Positions 59,650 to 64,000 of a DNA stretch of 64,000 bases are shown in pieces (position 1 is the first letter of the stretch; each line of letters starts with the position of its first letter). This DNA is from a virus, in the IMG/VR virus record IMGVR_UViG_3300042301_003932. One strand, given 5' to 3'. The notes beneath the pieces are model-generated. The model searched no databases. It had not been told where the DNA came from and saw nothing but the letters and a program-made list of their open reading frames with translations. The position numbers and the translations under genes are program-made.

Positions 59650-60285
59650 ATGGGAAGCGAAATGGATTTAATGCAAAGACTTGCAGTGTCAAAAAAAATA
59701 ATGGAAAAGGCTGAACAAATTAAAACAGGTTCAGTTGATAGTAGAAAATTTAATATTCCGGAAGTTCAAGAATACGAACCGGTAAATGCTAAATATAATT
59801 TACCTCAAGAATATTTAGCGGAATCAACACCACAAAAATCATATCACGATCCATCAAAACCGTTAGATAATGATAGGGTAATGAATTCAAAACTACCCGA
59901 CGAAATAAAAAGATTGATGATAGAAAACCCAATTGTTCAACCAACAAGTGTAAATGGTTCTGCTTCAATATCTGAAGAAGTGATACAAGGAGCTCAAAGA
60001 TTAATGAACATGGATAGACCTTTACAGTCTAATGAACAAACAACAACAAAACAAGTAAGACAAAAAATTTCAGAATCAAAAACATCTGATTTTAATATTT
60101 CAGAAATGAAAAATATGATTAGAGATGTTGTTAGAGATACTGTAAAAGATGTAGTAAGAGAGGAATTAAAACAAGCGGGTATGATTGTTGAATCAACATC
60201 AAATTCTAATGAAACAATACAATTTAAAGTAGGTCAACATTTATTTATTGGTAAGGTAACAAAGATAAAAAAATTAGAAAAATAA
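59650..60285 (+). CDS. Hypothetical protein
   Basis: 211 aa; SKLPDEIKRLMIENP. Confidence 0.72.
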   Translation: MGSEMDLMQRLAVSKKIMEKAEQIKTGSVDSRKFNIPEVQEYEPVNAKYNLPQEYLAESTPQKSYHDPSKPLDNDRVMNSKLPDEIKRLMIENPIVQPTSVNGSASISEEVIQGAQRLMNMDRPLQSNEQTTTKQVRQKISESKTSDFNISEMKNMIRDVVRDTVKDVVREELKQAGMIVESTSNSNETIQFKVGQHLFIGKVTKIKKLEK

Positions 60286-60302
60286 AATTAGTATCGTCGA
60301 TT

Positions 60303-60332
60303 AAATCCACCTCTAAAGGGTGGATTTTTTAT
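60303..60332 (+). terminator. Intrinsic terminator
   Basis: AAATCCACC-N7-GGTGGATTT followed by a T-run. Confidence 0.8.
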
Positions 60333-60369
60333 TTTATAATCTTTATATTTTACTTAAATAAATTTTTAT

Positions 60370-61581
60370 ATGAGTAAAATTAAAGTATTAGTACTCCCTT
60401 CAGATAGAACAGGTGTTGGGAAGTTTAGAAGTGTGGATCCACACGTTATGTTACAAAATAATCATTCAGAAGATTTTCACGTAGACATAGATTACGAACC
60501 AAAAATAAATGATATTAATTATTGGAAACAATATAACATTGTTCATTTTCATAGAAGTATTGGTCAAGATTATAACCAAGCACCAATGTTAATACAGCGT
60601 TTAAATGATTTAGGTATTATTACAATTATGGATTTAGACGATTATTGGTTACCAACAAAAGAACATCCAGTTCATCAATTAGTTGTACAAAATAAGTTAC
60701 ATGAAAAAATAATGGCTAATTTGAAAGTCGCTAAGTATGTAACAACAACCACAACAATATTTGCAGATGAAATAAAAAAATTAAATAAGAATGTTTTTGT
60801 TTTACCAAACGCAATTAACCCAAATGAACCTCAGTTCCAACAAGAAACTTTAAAATCAGATAAGTTACGTTTTGGTTGGTTAGGTGGGTCATCACATTTA
60901 CATGATTTAAAACTTTTAGATGGTACCATCAATAAATTAAAATCACACAAAGATCAATTTAGTATGTATCTATGTGGTTTTGATATTAGAGGGTCTGTGA
61001 CTGAAATTAATAGAGAAACGGGAGAACAAAAACAAAGACCTATTAGACCTGAAGAGACTGTTTGGGCAAGATATGAAGAAATCTTTACAGATAACTATAG
61101 AATGGTCGATCCTCAACACAAAGATTTTTTAATGAAGTTTAAAGAAGAAGATTATAATTCTGATGTTTTACCTTTTTATAATCGTGTATGGACAAAACCC
61201 GTTACAAGTTACGCATCCAATTATAGATGGTTTGATGTATCGTTAGCACCAATTAAAAACCATATATTTAATAGAGTAAAATCACAACTTAAAGTTATTG
61301 AAGCAGGTTTTTATAAGAAAGCGATTATTGCATCAAACGTTGGTCCATATACTATTGATTTAAAACATTCATTAAAAAATGGTGAATTTGTTGATGGAAA
61401 CGCACTTTTAGTGGACGAAGTAAGAAACGGTGATTGGTCTAAATACATGAAAAAATTAATTGATAATCCTAATTGGGCTTATGATTTAGGTCAAAGATTA
61501 TATGAAACTGTTAAAGACACATATGATTTAAATAAAGTAACAAAAGATAGAGCAGAATTATATAAAACATTAGTAAAATGA
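60370..61581 (+). CDS. GT-B glycosyltransferase (GT4-like)
   Basis: DLDD, VLPNAI, GWLGGSSH..D and DVSLAP...FN..KS.LK.IE...IIAS.V.PY. Confidence 0.85.
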   Translation: MSKIKVLVLPSDRTGVGKFRSVDPHVMLQNNHSEDFHVDIDYEPKINDINYWKQYNIVHFHRSIGQDYNQAPMLIQRLNDLGIITIMDLDDYWLPTKEHPVHQLVVQNKLHEKIMANLKVAKYVTTTTTIFADEIKKLNKNVFVLPNAINPNEPQFQQETLKSDKLRFGWLGGSSHLHDLKLLDGTINKLKSHKDQFSMYLCGFDIRGSVTEINRETGEQKQRPIRPEETVWARYEEIFTDNYRMVDPQHKDFLMKFKEEDYNSDVLPFYNRVWTKPVTSYASNYRWFDVSLAPIKNHIFNRVKSQLKVIEAGFYKKAIIASNVGPYTIDLKHSLKNGEFVDGNALLVDEVRNGDWSKYMKKLIDNPNWAYDLGQRLYETVKDTYDLNKVTKDRAELYKTLVK

Positions 61582-62306
61582 TAAACATACCCATAACAAA
61601 AATATTATTTTTAGATATTGAGACTGTAGGACTTTGTAAAGATTGGTCATCATGTCAAGAAAGTAATCCCAAAATTGCCGAACAATTTGTAAAATATTTT
61701 GATTGGTTTTTAAAAAGATTTCCTGAAGACAATTATGAAACTGATGGTCTTGAGGAAGAACTTCAAAAAATGAATGACGTTTATTTTAAACGATCAGCAC
61801 TTGTTCCTGAATTTGCAAAGATAGTTTGTGTTTCTATGGCGTTTGTTATGGATAATGGCGATATTAAAAAACAAACATTTTCAGGTGACGATGAAAAAGA
61901 GTTACTACTTCAAGTTAGAAATCTTCTTGATAGGTGTCATAATTTAGATTTTTATCTTTGTGGTCACAATCTTAAAAATTTTGACATACCCATGATGGCA
62001 AAACGTATGATCATTAATGGTATTAAACCATCTAAAATACTTCCTTCATATGATACTAAGCCGTGGGAAGTTAAAGCGATTGACACAAAAGAAATTTGGC
62101 AATATGGTGCATATTCTGCGATTGGGTCATTGGATTTAGTATGTGCCACTTTAGATATACCAACACCTAAAGATGGAGAAGTAAATGGTGGGATGGTTCA
62201 TGAAGCTTATTGGAGCCATAATAGGTTACAAGAAATTGCGGAGTACTGCGAAAAAGATGTTAATGTATTAATTGATTTTATTAAAAAATTAAAAGAATTA
62301 AAATGA
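61578..62306 (+). CDS. Stand-alone DEDDy 3'-5' exonuclease (PolB-exo-like)
   Basis: LDIET, GHNLKNFDIP and YCEKDV. Confidence 0.85.
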   Translation: MINIPITKILFLDIETVGLCKDWSSCQESNPKIAEQFVKYFDWFLKRFPEDNYETDGLEEELQKMNDVYFKRSALVPEFAKIVCVSMAFVMDNGDIKKQTFSGDDEKELLLQVRNLLDRCHNLDFYLCGHNLKNFDIPMMAKRMIINGIKPSKILPSYDTKPWEVKAIDTKEIWQYGAYSAIGSLDLVCATLDIPTPKDGEVNGGMVHEAYWSHNRLQEIAEYCEKDVNVLIDFIKKLKELK

Positions 62307-62902
62307 GTGAAAAGTTAAACAAAGTAATGGACAATATAAAAAAATTAAAGTCCGTACAAAATAAAGTTTCTGATTTTGGAATGCCAAACTCACAATTTGA
62401 TATTAATGATATCGTTTCTAATATTGATGATTTAGATTCTATTTTGATGGATAAGTCTGCGGGTAAAATAAATTTAGAATATACAAATGATTCAGATAAT
62501 AAAGAACCCGAATACGCCTACGAATCAGACTCAGGGTTTGATTTAAGATCAACAGAAGAGTTGTGGGTACAGGGTCACGATAGAAAATTAATACCAACAG
62601 GATTAAGATTTGACATTCCTGATGGTTATGAAATACAAGTAAGAAGTAAAAGTGGATTAGCGTTAAATCAAGGATTAATGGTTTTAAATTCACCAGGGAC
62701 TGTTGATAGTGGGTATCAGGGTGAAATTAAAGTTATTATTTTTAATACCACAAAAGAAAGAATAAAAATTGAAAAGGGTCAAAAGGTGGCACAAGCAGTA
62801 CTTTGTCCTGTGGTTAATGGTAAATGGGTTAATTTAGTTAAAGTGGAAGAGATTGGTGAAAAAGATAGGAATAATCAAGGTTTTGGCTCAACAGGTTTAT
62901 GA
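62303..62902 (+). CDS. dut: Trimeric dUTPase with an N-terminal extension
   Basis: SGFDL, RSKSGLA, GTVDSGYQGE, KVAQ and R...GFGSTG. Confidence 0.95.
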   Translation: MSEKLNKVMDNIKKLKSVQNKVSDFGMPNSQFDINDIVSNIDDLDSILMDKSAGKINLEYTNDSDNKEPEYAYESDSGFDLRSTEELWVQGHDRKLIPTGLRFDIPDGYEIQVRSKSGLALNQGLMVLNSPGTVDSGYQGEIKVIIFNTTKERIKIEKGQKVAQAVLCPVVNGKWVNLVKVEEIGEKDRNNQGFGSTGL

Positions 62903-64000
62903 TTACAGTAGGGTTCTCAACTAGAAAAATTGATGATGGATTTGTAGAGATGTTACAAAAAACGTCAGGAGTGCCAAATATTCAAATTATTCCTATTGAA
63001 AATAATGGTGAGTATTCTTTAACTGAAGTATACAATAAAATTTTATTGCAATCACATAATGACATTTTAGTATTATGTCACGATGATATATATTTTGATT
63101 CAAAAAATTGGGGTCAAAAAATATTAAATCATTTCAAAAGAAAACCAGAATACGGAATTTTAGGTTTGGCAGGAACTACAATTATGCCAAAATCAGGAAG
63201 ATGGTGGGAAGACTTTTCAAAAATGAAAGGTATTGTCAATCACGAACATGGAGGAAAAAAATGGGAATCAAGATATTCTGCAAGTTCAGGAAACCAAATA
63301 GACGATGTAGTTTTAGTTGATGGTCTTTTTATTGTGGTAAACAGAAAAAAAATAAAAGAAAAATTTAATGAAGAGATAAATGGATTTCATTTTTATGATG
63401 TTGATTTTTCTTTTACAAATTTTATAAAAGACGTAAAAATTGGTGTTGTTTACGACATAAGAGTAACTCATAAATCTATTGGTCAAACAAACGAACAATG
63501 GGAAAAAAATAGAGAAATATTTGCAGAAAAATATAAAGATGTTTTACCGGTAAAAGTTAAAAGGAATTTAACTATTAACTCACCATTAAAAGTATTGTTA
63601 TCTTGTTTATTTTTTAAAAACTTTACGGGATCCGAAATGTATGTTTATGAATTAGCGAGAGGTTTAAAAAAATTAAATTGTGATGTTACCGTCTTATCTG
63701 ATATTAATGGACCACTTTCAAAATTAGCTCAACAACAAGGTATTAAAGTAGTATCATTTAACGAAGCACCTGGTTATAAATTAGGGGACGGAAAATGGAG
63801 TTTACAAACACCACAAGGACCACAAGTATCTCAAACTAATATAATGTATAAAATTGGTGAGGTTCATTATGATATTATTCATACACAACATTTACCAGTC
63901 ACAAATCAAATGTGTCAGATGTACCCAAACACTGATAAAATTTGTACAATACATTCTGAAGTTATTGAACTTGAAAATCCTGTAATTAATGAAAAAATAA
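62899..64000 (+). CDS. Two-domain glycosyltransferase (GT-A plus GT-B), truncated at the window edge
   Basis: Missing from the ORF track. MITVGFSTRKIDD...SLTEVYN...LCHDDIYF...LVDG.F...FHFYDVDF, then VLLSC....TGSEMYVYELARGL. Confidence 0.82.
   Translation, partial: MITVGFSTRKIDDGFVEMLQKTSGVPNIQIIPIENNGEYSLTEVYNKILLQSHNDILVLCHDDIYFDSKNWGQKILNHFKRKPEYGILGLAGTTIMPKSGRWWEDFSKMKGIVNHEHGGKKWESRYSASSGNQIDDVVLVDGLFIVVNRKKIKEKFNEEINGFHFYDVDFSFTNFIKDVKIGVVYDIRVTHKSIGQTNEQWEKNREIFAEKYKDVLPVKVKRNLTINSPLKVLLSCLFFKNFTGSEMYVYELARGLKKLNCDVTVLSDINGPLSKLAQQQGIKVVSFNEAPGYKLGDGKWSLQTPQGPQVSQTNIMYKIGEVHYDIIHTQHLPVTNQMCQMYPNTDKICTIHSEVIELENPVINEKI

Noticed and set aside
1616-63498. Many short alternative-frame or antisense ORFs in the track (e.g. 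9674..9982, 12153..12530, 27186..27584, 35644..35977, 56290..56793, 63108..63498)
   Set aside because: They lie within longer, motif-supported genes and read as shadow frames or repeat translations.
1-64000. Stop-codon reassignment, as in some large phages
   Set aside because: Standard code gives full-length genes at high density; TAG (e.g. 33755) and TGA (e.g. 37803) both end genes at sensible positions.
1-64000. tRNA/rRNA genes or a cobalamin riboswitch near nrdJ
   Set aside because: Intergenic gaps are short and AT-rich with no cloverleaf or B12-box recognised; nrdJ starts only 24 nt after the helicase gene.

Overview
This is an AT-rich, densely coding 64-kb segment of a large lytic myovirus (T4-like/jumbo-phage organisation), read in the standard genetic code. 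A Bacteroidota host is plausible: start codons have A-rich upstream regions without Shine-Dalgarno sequences, and two promoters resemble TTTG-N19/20-TAnnTTTG. The window holds (i) contractile tail and neck genes: baseplate wedge gp6/gp25/gp53-like proteins, two giant baseplate proteins, tape measure, tail chaperone, tube, sheath, terminator and neck gp13/gp14-like proteins; (ii) replication and nucleotide genes: class II RNR, DnaB-like helicase, 5'-3' exonuclease, RecA, SSB, SNF2, PolB, stand-alone 3'-5' exonuclease and dUTPase; (iii) a fibre/adhesin island with a sulfotransferase, a glycosyltransferase and a 2OG-Fe(II) oxygenase, plus two more glycosyltransferases at the right end. The best candidates for undescribed biology are: a putative virion-decoration system (recurring [ST]-[GA]-x-T tetrapeptide concentrated in surface virion proteins, with modifying enzymes embedded among the fibre genes); a +1 frameshift at UUU_UUU_CGC joining the tail chaperone to a downstream ORF that lacks a credible start; late proteins (SOD, WYL, HAD) with putative cleavable I/L-x-E capsid-targeting leaders; and a TATTTAT late-promoter motif. 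All calls rest on motif reading and synteny by eye; no database searches were run.
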